The notes: a model not told the origin generated them from the letters alone. A stretch of 64,000 bases of DNA from an uncultured Methanosarcinales archaeon (GCA_964650285.1 CAZYSP010000001.1:13169-77168); one strand, 5' to 3'; counted from the first letter of the stretch, positions 9,412 to 18,961 are shown. Numbers and translations are program-made.

Positions 9412-10086
9412 ATGAAAAAGACAATTATAATGTCTTTAGGAGGATCGGTTATAGTTCCATACAATATAGATATAAAATTCCTGAAGGATTTTAAAAAAAT
9501 CATTGAAAAGTTTGTTAAGAAAGGTTTTAGGTTTGTTATATATTGCGGTGGTGGAAAAATAGCAAGAGATTATCAGAAAGCAGCTTTTAAGTTTAAGGTT
9601 AATAATAAAGATTTGGACTGGTTAGGGATACATGCAACAATATTAAATGCAAATTTTGTAAAAATATTATTTGGAAATCTTGCAGAAAACATTATAATTA
9701 AAGATCCGACAAAAAAAATTAAATTTAATAAAAAAATTATATTAGCAGGAGGATGGAAACCTGGCTGGTCAACAGATTATGATGCTGTTTTATTGGCAAA
9801 GAACCTTAAAGTTGATACAATAATAAATATGAGCGATATTGCTTATGTTTATGACAAAGATCCTAAAAAATATTTAAATACAAAGAGAATTAAAAATATT
9901 TGTTGGAGACATTATAGAAAAATTGCTGGAAACAAATGGAAAGCCGGCTTAAACAAGCCTTTTGGTCCTGTTGCTGCAAAAGAAGCTGAGGAATTAGGTT
10001 TAAAAGTTATGATTGTTGGGAAGAATTTGAGAAATTTTGAGAATTTATTAGGTAATAGGAAATTTAAAGGAACAATAATTAATTAA
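9412..10086 (+). CDS. pyrH: UMP kinase (archaeal type)
   Basis: SLGGSV, GGGKIARDY, DWLGI.AT..NA, PGWSTD, YDKDP, GTII. Confidence 0.93.
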   Translation: MKKTIIMSLGGSVIVPYNIDIKFLKDFKKIIEKFVKKGFRFVIYCGGGKIARDYQKAAFKFKVNNKDLDWLGIHATILNANFVKILFGNLAENIIIKDPTKKIKFNKKIILAGGWKPGWSTDYDAVLLAKNLKVDTIINMSDIAYVYDKDPKKYLNTKRIKNICWRHYRKIAGNKWKAGLNKPFGPVAAKEAEELGLKVMIVGKNLRNFENLLGNRKFKGTIIN

Positions 10087-10147
10087 AAACAATAAAAACT
10101 AATTAACAATAATTACAGTAAATAATAATAAAAAATAATGAAATAAA

Positions 10148-10395
10148 ATGGAAGAAGAGTATAATTGGAAAGCTATCTTAATAGGGGCGATACCTGTTTC
10201 TATAGTTATGGCTATACTTTATTATTCTAATATTGCCAGAGGAGTTATAAACTTTATTTGATAATTGGAATTTTAATTGCAATGGGCATAACATATTATT
10301 TTGACAAGAAAAAGCACAATATTTTTACATCTGCATTTGTAGTTCTTATTGTTGCTTTGATAGTTTATGGGCTGAAAATCTATGGTCTTCTTTAG
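10148..10395 (+). pseudogene. Small membrane protein split by a 1-nt frameshift (pseudogene or assembly error)
   Basis: MEEEYNWKAILIGAIPVSIVMAILYYSNIARGVI then, after one missing A at about 10249-10251, KLYLIIGILIAMGITYYFDKKKHNIFTSAFVVLIVALIVYGLKIYGLL*. Confidence 0.6.
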
Positions 10396-10400
10396 ATAAC

Positions 10401-10532
10401 GGGCTGTGCCAGAGCGAACTTAAGCCAAAATACTAATTTTAATATAAGATTTTTACATACTTTTGCCCACCCCACCTCCCCGTGAATTGCGAGCGACTCG
10501 CAGTCGCTCGTCGCGTTCACTAGGCGCAGCCC
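10401..10532. repeat. GGGCTGTGCC-bounded structured element, copy 1
   Basis: Terminal inverted repeat GGGCTGTGCC/GGCGCAGCCC; internal hairpin CGAGCGACT-CGC-AGTCGCTCG; homologous to 53212-53352. Confidence 0.75.
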
Positions 10533-11032
10533 TAGATAAAATCACTTATCTTGTGCTTTATTTCTTCATGCCAGAGCCATGCTAATAATATTATTGCATC
10601 AATTCCTGCAAAAAAATTACGACTAACATTTTGCAACAAATTTAATCCATATGTTGTATTAGAAAATGGATAAAAGAACATTATTCCGTAACCTGCAAAT
10701 AGGAAATCAAGGGATATATGAAATAAAATTCCAAAACATACAACAAAAAAATACATAGCTTCTTTATGTTTTTTATTATGCCATAGAATAAGTCCAGGAA
10801 TTAAAAAAATTAATGCAAATAAGGGTGTATGTGTAATAGTTCCATGACCTATGCTTAACCCAAAAAAGTTAAGAAACCAGTTTAATGGTAGGTCTATATC
10901 AGGCAATAAACCAGCTAAACCAGCAATAAAAATAGTATGCAAAGTAAAGTACTTCTTATGCTTTGCAAAATAATCCCTATAAAGATCAACTAAAATTATT
11001 GCTAATAAAACATGGGTTACTGCAAAGGACAT
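10532..11032 (-). CDS. Membrane-bound metal-dependent hydrolase (YbcI/YdjM-like)
   Basis: TH near N-terminus, LLPDID, HGTITHT, FHISLD; start taken at the second Met. Confidence 0.85.
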   Translation of the reverse strand: MSFAVTHVLLAIILVDLYRDYFAKHKKYFTLHTIFIAGLAGLLPDIDLPLNWFLNFFGLSIGHGTITHTPLFALIFLIPGLILWHNKKHKEAMYFFVVCFGILFHISLDFLFAGYGIMFFYPFSNTTYGLNLLQNVSRNFFAGIDAIILLAWLWHEEIKHKISDFI

Positions 11033-11075
11033 GCTTAAAAAATCCTCCGTATTTTTTGGCACCACTAAAGTGGTT

Positions 11076-11417
11076 TTACTTTGACAACTGCTTCAATATC
11101 CCCTTCAAAGTCTTTTTTCCCTTGCTGCTTAATTCCTTGCCTATTGACCTTAGACTTTTCTTTACTTTTTTAAGCGGAATTTTGGATACACCTCCCAATT
11201 TTCCTGCTATTCTTTTTGCCTCATTCTCTGCAAGCTTTCTTATCCTATTACTCTCACTAAGAGCTTCTTTTTTAACCTTCTTTAGCATTTCTTTACTTTC
11301 TTTTACTGTCACTGCATTTCTTTTTACCAGCTCTTTTACAATTTTTTCTGTCTGATTCTTTGTTAAAGTTGCTGCTCCTAGACCGAGCAGAAAGCTTTTT
11401 TTTATTATTTCTTTCAT
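11076..11417 (-). CDS. Phasin-like coiled-coil protein
   Basis: KKSFLLGLGAATLTK..EKIVKELVKR pattern; SD GAGGTGA; directly downstream of the UbiB kinase. Confidence 0.65.
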   Translation of the reverse strand: MKEIIKKSFLLGLGAATLTKNQTEKIVKELVKRNAVTVKESKEMLKKVKKEALSESNRIRKLAENEAKRIAGKLGGVSKIPLKKVKKSLRSIGKELSSKGKKTLKGILKQLSK

Positions 11418-11436
11418 CCATATCACCTCATATTAT

Positions 11437-13110
11437 TTATTTTACAATGTTTTTTTCCCTTAAGATTGAAAATAATAAGATTAATGATAAAATCAAAGCC
11501 ACTAAAAAACTTAAAAGGGGAATTGACGGAACATTTAGAAAAACTGGATCTCCAAAATTGATTGTTAAAGCTGCGACAATGAGCAAAGCTGCTATTAGCA
11601 TGCTGTAAGTGACCCTGTTGCTGGATTTGTCTATTTCCAAAGAGAGTTTTTTTATGTCTGTGTCTTCTATGTCTACCTTAATTGTGCCTTTCTCTATCCT
11701 GTTTAGTGCTTTTGATGTCCTGTCTGGAAATTCTTCTGCAAACTTCTTGAATTTGAATATATCTTTCATAAAGTTGTTGAATACATATACTGGATTGTAT
11801 CTTTGTCTTATCAACCTCTCTATAAAAGGCCTTGAACTTTCAATTATCTTGAATTTGGGGTCATACTCAAGGGCAATACCTTCCAACGTTATAACAGTTT
11901 TTCCGAACAAAACAAATGGCATGGGTATTTTTAATCCGTAGTTTAAGGATAAACTCATAATTTCCTCAAGAGTGTAGCTTACCTTTACATTATTTATATC
12001 TCCATATTGCAGAGACTCTAATACATCGCTGATTTCATATTTTAATTCGGCTCTGTTCTCTATAGCAGTGTCGCTTAACTCAATTAATGTATTTACTATC
12101 TTCTCGGCGTTGTTTTCAATGACTCCAGAGAACAAATCTATTGACTTTGCTTTTAAATTTTCATCAAAATGACCAACTATGCCAAAATCAACAAATGCAA
12201 TTTTCTTATCATTGGTAATGATAATATTCCCAGGATGGGGATCTGCATGAAAGAAGCCGTGTATAAAAACCTGGGTTAAGATTGCTTCAAATCCCTTATC
12301 TATTAGCGGCCTTATGTTTATTTTTTTCTGTTTTATTTGTTTTATATTATGCAATTCTATGCCATCTATGAATTCCATTGTTAAAATCTTGTCTGTTGTA
12401 AAGTCATTGTATATTTTGGGTATTTTTATTGTCTTGTCTCTTGAGAAATTCTTTGCGAATCTTTTTGCATTAACTGCTTCTTTCTTAAAATCAAGCTCTT
12501 TTTCAGTCCATTTTGCAAATTCTGCAATTATTTGCACAGGGTTAAATTTTTTTATCTTTGGAATGTGTTTTTCCAGCAATTTCGCGACATAAAACATAAT
12601 TTCAGTATCAGTTTCCATTATTTCCCTTACATTAGGACGCTGTATTTTTACTGCTACTTTTTTATTATTTTTTAGAATAGCTTTATGCACCTGGCTTATG
12701 GAAGCAGAGGCAATAGGCTTTTTTTCAAAATTTAAGAATATTTCATTTATATCTTTTCCAAGCTCTTTTTTTATCTGTTGTTTTGCAATTGCATAAGGGA
12801 ATGGAGGAACTCTGTCCTGTAATTTTTCCAGCTCCTTAATGTAGCTTTTTGGGATTAAGTCTGGCCTTACACTCAAAACCTGTCCAAATTTGATAAAAGT
12901 TGGTCCTAAGCGCTCTAAAGTAAGCCTTAATCTTTTTTCTATAGAAAACTTTTTTTTCTTTTCAATTCTTGCTTTAAGTCTTTTTGTCAGAGGAACCTTA
13001 TGCTTAAGCCTTATTTTAGCAATCAAGAAATCAAATCCTTCCTCAAACAGGACTGTAAGTATTTCCCTAAACCTGTTTATATCTCTTACCTCTTTTATTA
13101 TTTTAAACAT
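11437..13110 (-). CDS. AarF/ABC1/UbiB-family atypical kinase
   Basis: LGPTFIKFGQ (KxGQ), ASASISQVH, VAVKIQRP, HADPHPGN, DFG; two C-terminal TMs. Confidence 0.95.
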   Translation of the reverse strand: MFKIIKEVRDINRFREILTVLFEEGFDFLIAKIRLKHKVPLTKRLKARIEKKKKFSIEKRLRLTLERLGPTFIKFGQVLSVRPDLIPKSYIKELEKLQDRVPPFPYAIAKQQIKKELGKDINEIFLNFEKKPIASASISQVHKAILKNNKKVAVKIQRPNVREIMETDTEIMFYVAKLLEKHIPKIKKFNPVQIIAEFAKWTEKELDFKKEAVNAKRFAKNFSRDKTIKIPKIYNDFTTDKILTMEFIDGIELHNIKQIKQKKINIRPLIDKGFEAILTQVFIHGFFHADPHPGNIIITNDKKIAFVDFGIVGHFDENLKAKSIDLFSGVIENNAEKIVNTLIELSDTAIENRAELKYEISDVLESLQYGDINNVKVSYTLEEIMSLSLNYGLKIPMPFVLFGKTVITLEGIALEYDPKFKIIESSRPFIERLIRQRYNPVYVFNNFMKDIFKFKKFAEEFPDRTSKALNRIEKGTIKVDIEDTDIKKLSLEIDKSSNRVTYSMLIAALLIVAALTINFGDPVFLNVPSIPLLSFLVALILSLILLFSILREKNIVK

Positions 13111-13175
13111 AAGTTAATTGTTTGCGAGGTTGTTTATATATTTTATTGAAATGGTCTTTTTTGCTCTTATCAATT

Positions 13176-13478
13176 TTACTTAACTTCTTCATTAACCCAT
13201 TTGTCATAAGTTTCATTTGCTTCTGCATTGATTTTAATGATACATGGTATTTTGTAGCTATGAATTTTCTTTACTTCTTCCTTGATTTTTTTATAGTTTT
13301 TTTCTTTTGTCTTCGCTATTATTACAAATTCCCTTTCATCCGCTATCTTCTTATTCCACCAATACATGCTCCTGACAGGGTGTATATTTGAGCAGGCAAT
13401 TAGTTTTTTATTTAGCAAATGTTTTGAAATTTTTACTGCTTCTTGCTCATCTTTGCATGTTATATAGATAAGGATCAT
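13176..13478 (-). CDS. cutA: Divalent-cation tolerance protein CutA
   Basis: LIACSN, SMYWW, HSYKIPCI, YDKWV. Confidence 0.93.
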   Translation of the reverse strand: MILIYITCKDEQEAVKISKHLLNKKLIACSNIHPVRSMYWWNKKIADEREFVIIAKTKEKNYKKIKEEVKKIHSYKIPCIIKINAEANETYDKWVNEEVK

Positions 13479-13594
13479 TTTTCCATCAATTATTTTACAT
13501 TTGCCATTATATTATATATTTATTTCTATTTTGTTATTTTTATTCCTAATTTAAAAGGTAAATATTTAAAAGTTAATGCTGATTTTCCCTTATT

Positions 13595-14551
13595 ATGGCC
13601 AAATTCATCTTTTCGAATATAATTGGAAGCTTTGTCTTTAATGATAATTATAAGCTTGTGGATGGGTTGCTGTTCAAGGATATTGAGCAGTATAAGGATA
13701 AAAAGAAATATGAGGAAAAATTAAGGCAGAAACATAATGATTTGAAAACACCAACAGATGAGGATTTATACAATATATTAATGTTCTTTAAAGACAAGAA
13801 ATATTATCCTCAATTTTATAAAAAGAATGTGGAGATTACCAGGAATTCTGTCAAAGAATCTGTAAATAATGATGCTTTGATAATGCAGACAATAAACAGC
13901 ATCGAGGAGATTGATAAAACAATTAATTTGCTTACAAAAAGATTAAGGGAATGGTATTCATTGTATAATCCTGAAATTTCAAATAAGATTGAGGACCATG
14001 AAAAGTTTGTTTCTGCAATAATAAAAAACTCGAAGAAGCAATTATTGAAAGAACTAAATATTGATGAAAACAATTCTATGGGTGCAAATTTAAAGGAAAA
14101 AGATGTTTCTTCTATTTTATTGTTGGCAACCCAGATAAATAATTTTTACAAATCAAAGAAACACTATGAAGATTACCTTAAAGAATTAGAAAAAATAACA
14201 TGCCCTAATTTTGCTACAATTGCCGGTGTAACAATTGCTGCAAAATTAATAAGCCATGCCGGGAGTTTGAGAAGATTAGTAGAGATGCCAGCTTCTACAA
14301 TACAAATTCTTGGAGCAGAAAAAGCTTTGTTTAGGCATATGAGGAACAAAAGAAGAAATTTACCTCCTAAATACGGAATTTTGCATGAGCACCAGTTAAT
14401 ACAGAAATCAAAGGAAAAAATGCATGGCAAGGTTGCAAGGGCTTTGGCTGATAAATTAGGTATTGCTGTTAAGGTTGATTATTTCAAAGGGAAATTTATT
14501 GGGGACAAGTTAAAGAAAGGGTTGGTAAATAAATTTAAAATCCAATATTAG
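13595..14551 (+). CDS. nop5: C/D box sRNP protein Nop5 (Nop56/58)
   Basis: RLREWY, PASTIQILGAEKALF, PKYG, GKVARALA; adjacent to fibrillarin. Confidence 0.93.
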   Translation: MAKFIFSNIIGSFVFNDNYKLVDGLLFKDIEQYKDKKKYEEKLRQKHNDLKTPTDEDLYNILMFFKDKKYYPQFYKKNVEITRNSVKESVNNDALIMQTINSIEEIDKTINLLTKRLREWYSLYNPEISNKIEDHEKFVSAIIKNSKKQLLKELNIDENNSMGANLKEKDVSSILLLATQINNFYKSKKHYEDYLKELEKITCPNFATIAGVTIAAKLISHAGSLRRLVEMPASTIQILGAEKALFRHMRNKRRNLPPKYGILHEHQLIQKSKEKMHGKVARALADKLGIAVKVDYFKGKFIGDKLKKGLVNKFKIQY

Positions 14552-14720
14552 TGATAAGTACAATGATTAAAACTAATTAATTCAAAAATAAATTCGATAA
14601 AAAATAAAATAATATTAAAAAATAAAACTCCAATAAATGAAAAATACAATAATAAAAAACAATATCAATAAAAAAATAAATAAAATAATAATTAATAAAA
14701 AATAATAAAATAATATAAAA

Positions 14721-15389
14721 ATGATAACAAAATCAAAAATATTTGAGGTTTATGAGGATAGGGCAAGGAAGAATCTCTACACGCTAAATTTAACTCCTGG
14801 AAAAAGGGTTTATGATGAGCAGCTGGTTAGGCAGAATAATATTGAGTATAGGGAATGGGATGCTTATAGCAGCAAACTTGCAGCTGTAATCCTGAATAAA
14901 TGTAACAATATTTTTTTAAGAAAAGGGGATGTTGTTTTATATCTTGGAAGTGCTTCCGGAACTACTGTAAGCCATGTTTCTGATATTGTAGGGAAAGATG
15001 GTTTTGTTTTTGCTGTTGATGTTGCTCCAAGAGTAATGAGGGATTTGATTTTTAATTGCGGAGCAAGGAAAAATATTAGTCCTATATTAGCTAATGCAAA
15101 CCATACAAAAGAAATGATAGAGAGAGTAAGCATGGTTGATGTGGTTTACCAGGATGTCGCGCAGAAAGACCAGGTTGATATTTTGCTAAAAAATATGAAG
15201 ATGTTTTTGAAAAAAGACGGTTACGCAATAATTGCGATAAAGGCAAGAAGCATTGATGTTACCGGGCATCCAAAACAGATTTTTAGAGAAGTTATGGAAA
15301 AATTAGAAAAAGAACTTATAGTAGTAGACTACAAGATCCTTGAGCCATACCAAAAAGACCATGCAATGTTTATATGCAAGAATAAGTGA
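14721..15389 (+). CDS. flpA: Fibrillarin-like rRNA/tRNA 2'-O-methyltransferase
   Basis: EYREW, SKLAA, VLYLGSASGTTVSHVSD, DVAQ, KARSID. Confidence 0.96.
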   Translation: MITKSKIFEVYEDRARKNLYTLNLTPGKRVYDEQLVRQNNIEYREWDAYSSKLAAVILNKCNNIFLRKGDVVLYLGSASGTTVSHVSDIVGKDGFVFAVDVAPRVMRDLIFNCGARKNISPILANANHTKEMIERVSMVDVVYQDVAQKDQVDILLKNMKMFLKKDGYAIIAIKARSIDVTGHPKQIFREVMEKLEKELIVVDYKILEPYQKDHAMFICKNK

Positions 15390-15393
15390 AAAA

Positions 15394-16047
15394 ATGCCAA
15401 AAATTAAAATTGTTCCATCAATATTGTCTGCAAACTTAGATAGATTAAAAGAAGAGATGGAAGAAGTAGAAGATTATTCTGATTGGTTCCAGGTTGATGT
15501 TATGGACAACAAATTTGTTCCCAATATAACTCCGCAAGCTGAACTTTTGAAGGAAATTGATACAAAAGTTCCTCTTGATATTCATTTAATGGTGCAGGAG
15601 CCAAGTGAAGAGTACATCAAAAGCTTTATTGATGCAAATCCGAATCTGAAGATTAATAATATAACTGTGCATCAGGAGGCTTGCAGCAATCTTGGAAAAA
15701 CACTGGAATTTATTAAAAATAATAATATTAAGGCTGCAGTTGCAATAAATCCAAAAACACCATTGGATGCTATAAAAGATGTTCTGGATAAAGTTGATAT
15801 GGTATTGATTATGACTGTTGTTCCTGGATTTTCAGGGCAGAAGTTTATTGAGGATGTTTTACCGAAAATATCACAATTGAGAAGCATGAAACCAGAACTT
15901 GATATAGAGGTTGATGGTGGAGTAAATGACAAGACAGCAAGATTAGCTGTAAAAGCAGGTGCAAATGTCCTGACTGTTAGCTCTTTTATATTCAAAAGTG
16001 AAAATAAAGTCAGGGCAATTAAAGATATTTTGAAGAATTTAAAATAA
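15394..16047 (+). CDS. rpe: Ribulose-phosphate 3-epimerase
   Basis: PSILSA, DVMDNKFVPN, DIHLMV, MTV.PGFSGQKF, EVDGG; ATG 15394 follows the fibrillarin stop. Confidence 0.95.
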   Translation: MPKIKIVPSILSANLDRLKEEMEEVEDYSDWFQVDVMDNKFVPNITPQAELLKEIDTKVPLDIHLMVQEPSEEYIKSFIDANPNLKINNITVHQEACSNLGKTLEFIKNNNIKAAVAINPKTPLDAIKDVLDKVDMVLIMTVVPGFSGQKFIEDVLPKISQLRSMKPELDIEVDGGVNDKTARLAVKAGANVLTVSSFIFKSENKVRAIKDILKNLK

Positions 16048-16048
16048 A

Positions 16049-16909
16049 ATGCTGTGGGTTCTTTATTCATTGTTGAGTGCATTCAGCCTGGCTACAGCAG
16101 ATGCATTTACAAAGAAAGTTCCTGATGTTGATGATTCTATTTTAATGTCAGCCAGATTTTTGTATGCTACTCCTTTAGCTTTATTATTGTTATTTTTTGT
16201 ATCTATGCCCAAATTAGATATGAGTTTTTGGCTTATATCATTACTTTTTATTCCACTTGAGGCCCTATTACAGGTGTTATACGTAAAAGCCATAAGAATT
16301 TCTCCTTTGTCTCTTGTTGTACCCCTAATGTCTTTAACTCCTGTTTTCCTGGTTTTTACAAGTTTTATTATGTTGGGGGAACTTCCAAGCATTATGGGGT
16401 TTTTTGGAATTTTAGTAGTGGTAGCTGGCGCCTATATTTTGAATTTTAAAGATTTTGGAAAAGGGATTTTAGAGCCTTTCAAAGCTATATTAAAAGAAAG
16501 GGGTTGTGTTTATATGTTAATTGCTGCCTTTTTGGCCAGTATTACCACCAATGTAGGCAAAATTCTGATCCAGAAATCGTCACCGTTGTTTTTTAGTATA
16601 GTATATCTGCCTTTATTTGCAATGGTGTTTTTAATAATAGCTTTTTTTACATCCAAAAAAAAGATAGTGCAATTAAAATCTAATTTTAAAGGCTTATTTC
16701 CTATTGGATTATTTTTTGGCTTAATGGTGATATTTCATAGTTTTGCTATAAGGCTAGTTATTGTACCATATATGATGTCAATAAAGAGGACAGGTTCCAT
16801 ATTTTCGGTTCTGTATGGGTGGCTTTTGTTTAAAGAGAAAAATATTATGGGGAGGGTTATTGGGACTGTGATTATGCTGATTGGAGCTGCTTTGATAATA
16901 TTGTTCTAA
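16049..16909 (+). CDS. DMT/EamA family transporter (10 TM)
   Basis: Two EamA-like repeats; SPLSLVVP, LGELPS, LFKEK. Confidence 0.85.
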   Translation: MLWVLYSLLSAFSLATADAFTKKVPDVDDSILMSARFLYATPLALLLLFFVSMPKLDMSFWLISLLFIPLEALLQVLYVKAIRISPLSLVVPLMSLTPVFLVFTSFIMLGELPSIMGFFGILVVVAGAYILNFKDFGKGILEPFKAILKERGCVYMLIAAFLASITTNVGKILIQKSSPLFFSIVYLPLFAMVFLIIAFFTSKKKIVQLKSNFKGLFPIGLFFGLMVIFHSFAIRLVIVPYMMSIKRTGSIFSVLYGWLLFKEKNIMGRVIGTVIMLIGAALIILF

Positions 16910-16949
16910 AACAGAATATTTATATATAAACATTCTTAGGAATAGTTAT

Positions 16950-17255
16950 ATGTTCAATAAAAGAAAAGCACAAGGACTTTCTATTACTACAATTATAGTA
17001 GCTGTTATAGTTCTTATTGTTTTGGTTGTTATTGCTATAAGCACTTATCTTACTGAAAATTGGATATGCTGTGGAGCAACCCCCTTTTCCTCATGTGAAA
17101 ATTCTTGTGGACATTTTGCGATGGAAAACAGTAAGAATATTTATGTGAAATCTGATTGTGAAGATACCGAAGGCATTGAACGTCGATGGGTAGAAGCAAG
17201 AACTATTGATGTACCAGAAGGTGGGTGTTGCTGCGAGATAAACCAAGGAATATAG
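16950..17255 (+). CDS. Archaeal type IV pilin-like protein (class III signal peptide), Cys-rich
   Basis: MFNKRKA/QGLSITTIIVAVIVLIVLVVI then short Cys-rich domain; own TATA at about 16919. Confidence 0.75.
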   Translation: MFNKRKAQGLSITTIIVAVIVLIVLVVIAISTYLTENWICCGATPFSSCENSCGHFAMENSKNIYVKSDCEDTEGIERRWVEARTIDVPEGGCCCEINQGI

Positions 17256-17418
17256 ACAGTGAAAATCACCCAAAACAAAATGATATCCTCTTCCAACAAA
17301 AAATCATTTTTCGCAAATATTTATATAATAACTATACAGGTAAATAGAATATGAAAACATACTCGCTATCGTTCGTAGCTTTCATTTCGAATATCCATAA
17401 TAATTTAGGGTGTTTGAA

Positions 17419-18507
17419 ATGAAAAAGATAATTGACCCATGGGGTAGTGGGTTACTTGAGGATTATGAGAAGATCATAAAGGACTTTGGCCTGGAAGTTT
17501 TTAATCCTAAGCTATTTCCAGAACCAAACAGGATAATGCGCCGGGGAGTAGTGTTTGCAGGCAGGGACTTAAAGATTATTTCTGATTGCATAAAAAATAA
17601 AAAGCCGTATTATGTGTTATCCGGGATAGTTCCATCTAATGATAAGATTCATTTTGGAAACAAGATGGTTGTTGAGGATATTAAGTATTTCCAGGAACAT
17701 GGTGCAGATACGTATATACTTATTGCAGATTTAGAGGCTGCATCTGCCAGGGGAATTTCCCTGGATGAAGCGAAAAAACGTGCTTTAGAATTCCATATCC
17801 CGGCTTATATTGCTTTAGGCCTGGATATCAAAAAAACTACATTCTATTTTCAATCTGAAAATAGGGAAGTCATGAATAATGCATATGAATTTGCAAAAAA
17901 AATAACCTATAATGAATTCAATGCTATATACGGGGGTGTAAATCCCGGAAAAATGATGGCTGCAATAGTGCAGGTAGCAGATATTTTATATCCTCAATTA
18001 AAAGAGAGAATGCCCGGGATAATTCCTGTTGGTATTGACCAAGATCCACATATCAGGTTGACAAGGGATGTTGTCAGAAGAGTAAAGGAAAAGAAATTCT
18101 TTTTGCCTTCCTCATTGTATAATAAATATACTCCTGCTTTGGATGGTTCCATTAAGATGAGCAAATCTAAACCAGAAAGCTGCATAGAGCTGCCAGAGGA
18201 TGTTAAAAATGTCGAGAAAAAAATCAAGAGAGCATTAAGCGGTGGTCGTGACACTCTGGAAGAGCACAGGAAGAAAGGTGCTATTATAGAGAAGGACATG
18301 GTTTTTGAGCTGATGAAACAGCATTTGGTTGAGGATGACAAAGAGCTTAATAAAATTTATAAAGATTATAAGTCCGGAAAAATGACTTCCGGAGAATTAA
18401 AGGAAATTGCATGTGATAAAATGGAGAAATTTATGAATAGTTTTGTTAAAGGTGTTGAGAAAGCAAGGAAGCAAATAGGAAGGCTAAAATTCGTTAAATT
18501 TAAATAA
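17419..18507 (+). CDS. trpS: Tryptophanyl-tRNA synthetase (archaeal type)
   Basis: HFGN (HIGH-like), QVADI, PVGIDQDPH, KMSKS, ALSGGR. Confidence 0.95.
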   Translation: MKKIIDPWGSGLLEDYEKIIKDFGLEVFNPKLFPEPNRIMRRGVVFAGRDLKIISDCIKNKKPYYVLSGIVPSNDKIHFGNKMVVEDIKYFQEHGADTYILIADLEAASARGISLDEAKKRALEFHIPAYIALGLDIKKTTFYFQSENREVMNNAYEFAKKITYNEFNAIYGGVNPGKMMAAIVQVADILYPQLKERMPGIIPVGIDQDPHIRLTRDVVRRVKEKKFFLPSSLYNKYTPALDGSIKMSKSKPESCIELPEDVKNVEKKIKRALSGGRDTLEEHRKKGAIIEKDMVFELMKQHLVEDDKELNKIYKDYKSGKMTSGELKEIACDKMEKFMNSFVKGVEKARKQIGRLKFVKFK

Positions 18508-18668
18508 TTTAGAATAAAGTGTAAAAATAAAGTACAATAATAAAAATTCAATGAAAAATTATAAATAAAAAATTTCAATATAAAATAAAAACAATATCAA
18601 CAATTAAAAAATAAATAAAATAATAATTAATGAAAAATAAAAAAATAATAAAAAAAGAGGTGGGTAGT

Positions 18669-18881
18669 ATGGTACTAAGCAATGTTGCTCCATTAAAAGG
18701 CGGCTATATGATTACAAGCATAGTTGGCTTTCTTATTTCTGCAGTCTATGTTTTTCCACGAAGCTATACGTGGGGATTGACTTTCCTGATATTTTTTGCC
18801 CTGATGTTTGTGGCTTCCATGATATCGATGACTTACGGGCCTGACGAGGCTATGTATCATGTTGGGAATAAGGAACAATAA
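18669..18881 (+). CDS. Small 2-TM membrane protein
   Basis: SD GAGGTGG before ATG 18669; two hydrophobic segments. Confidence 0.6.
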   Translation: MVLSNVAPLKGGYMITSIVGFLISAVYVFPRSYTWGLTFLIFFALMFVASMISMTYGPDEAMYHVGNKEQ

Positions 18882-18961
18882 TTATTATTTTATTTATTGT
18901 CTACTTTAACTATACCCTTATTCAAAAAATGGTGGGTAAAATCAATTCATAAGAAATAAAA

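Noticed and set aside
9955..9972. PyrH PFGP where PFDP is expected
   Set aside because: Single GAT-to-GGT change; cannot separate polymorphism, error or real loss without reads and an alignment.
14552..14720. C/D box guide RNA between nop5 and fibrillarin
   Set aside because: No paired RTGATGA and CTGA boxes seen; the spacer is A-rich low complexity.
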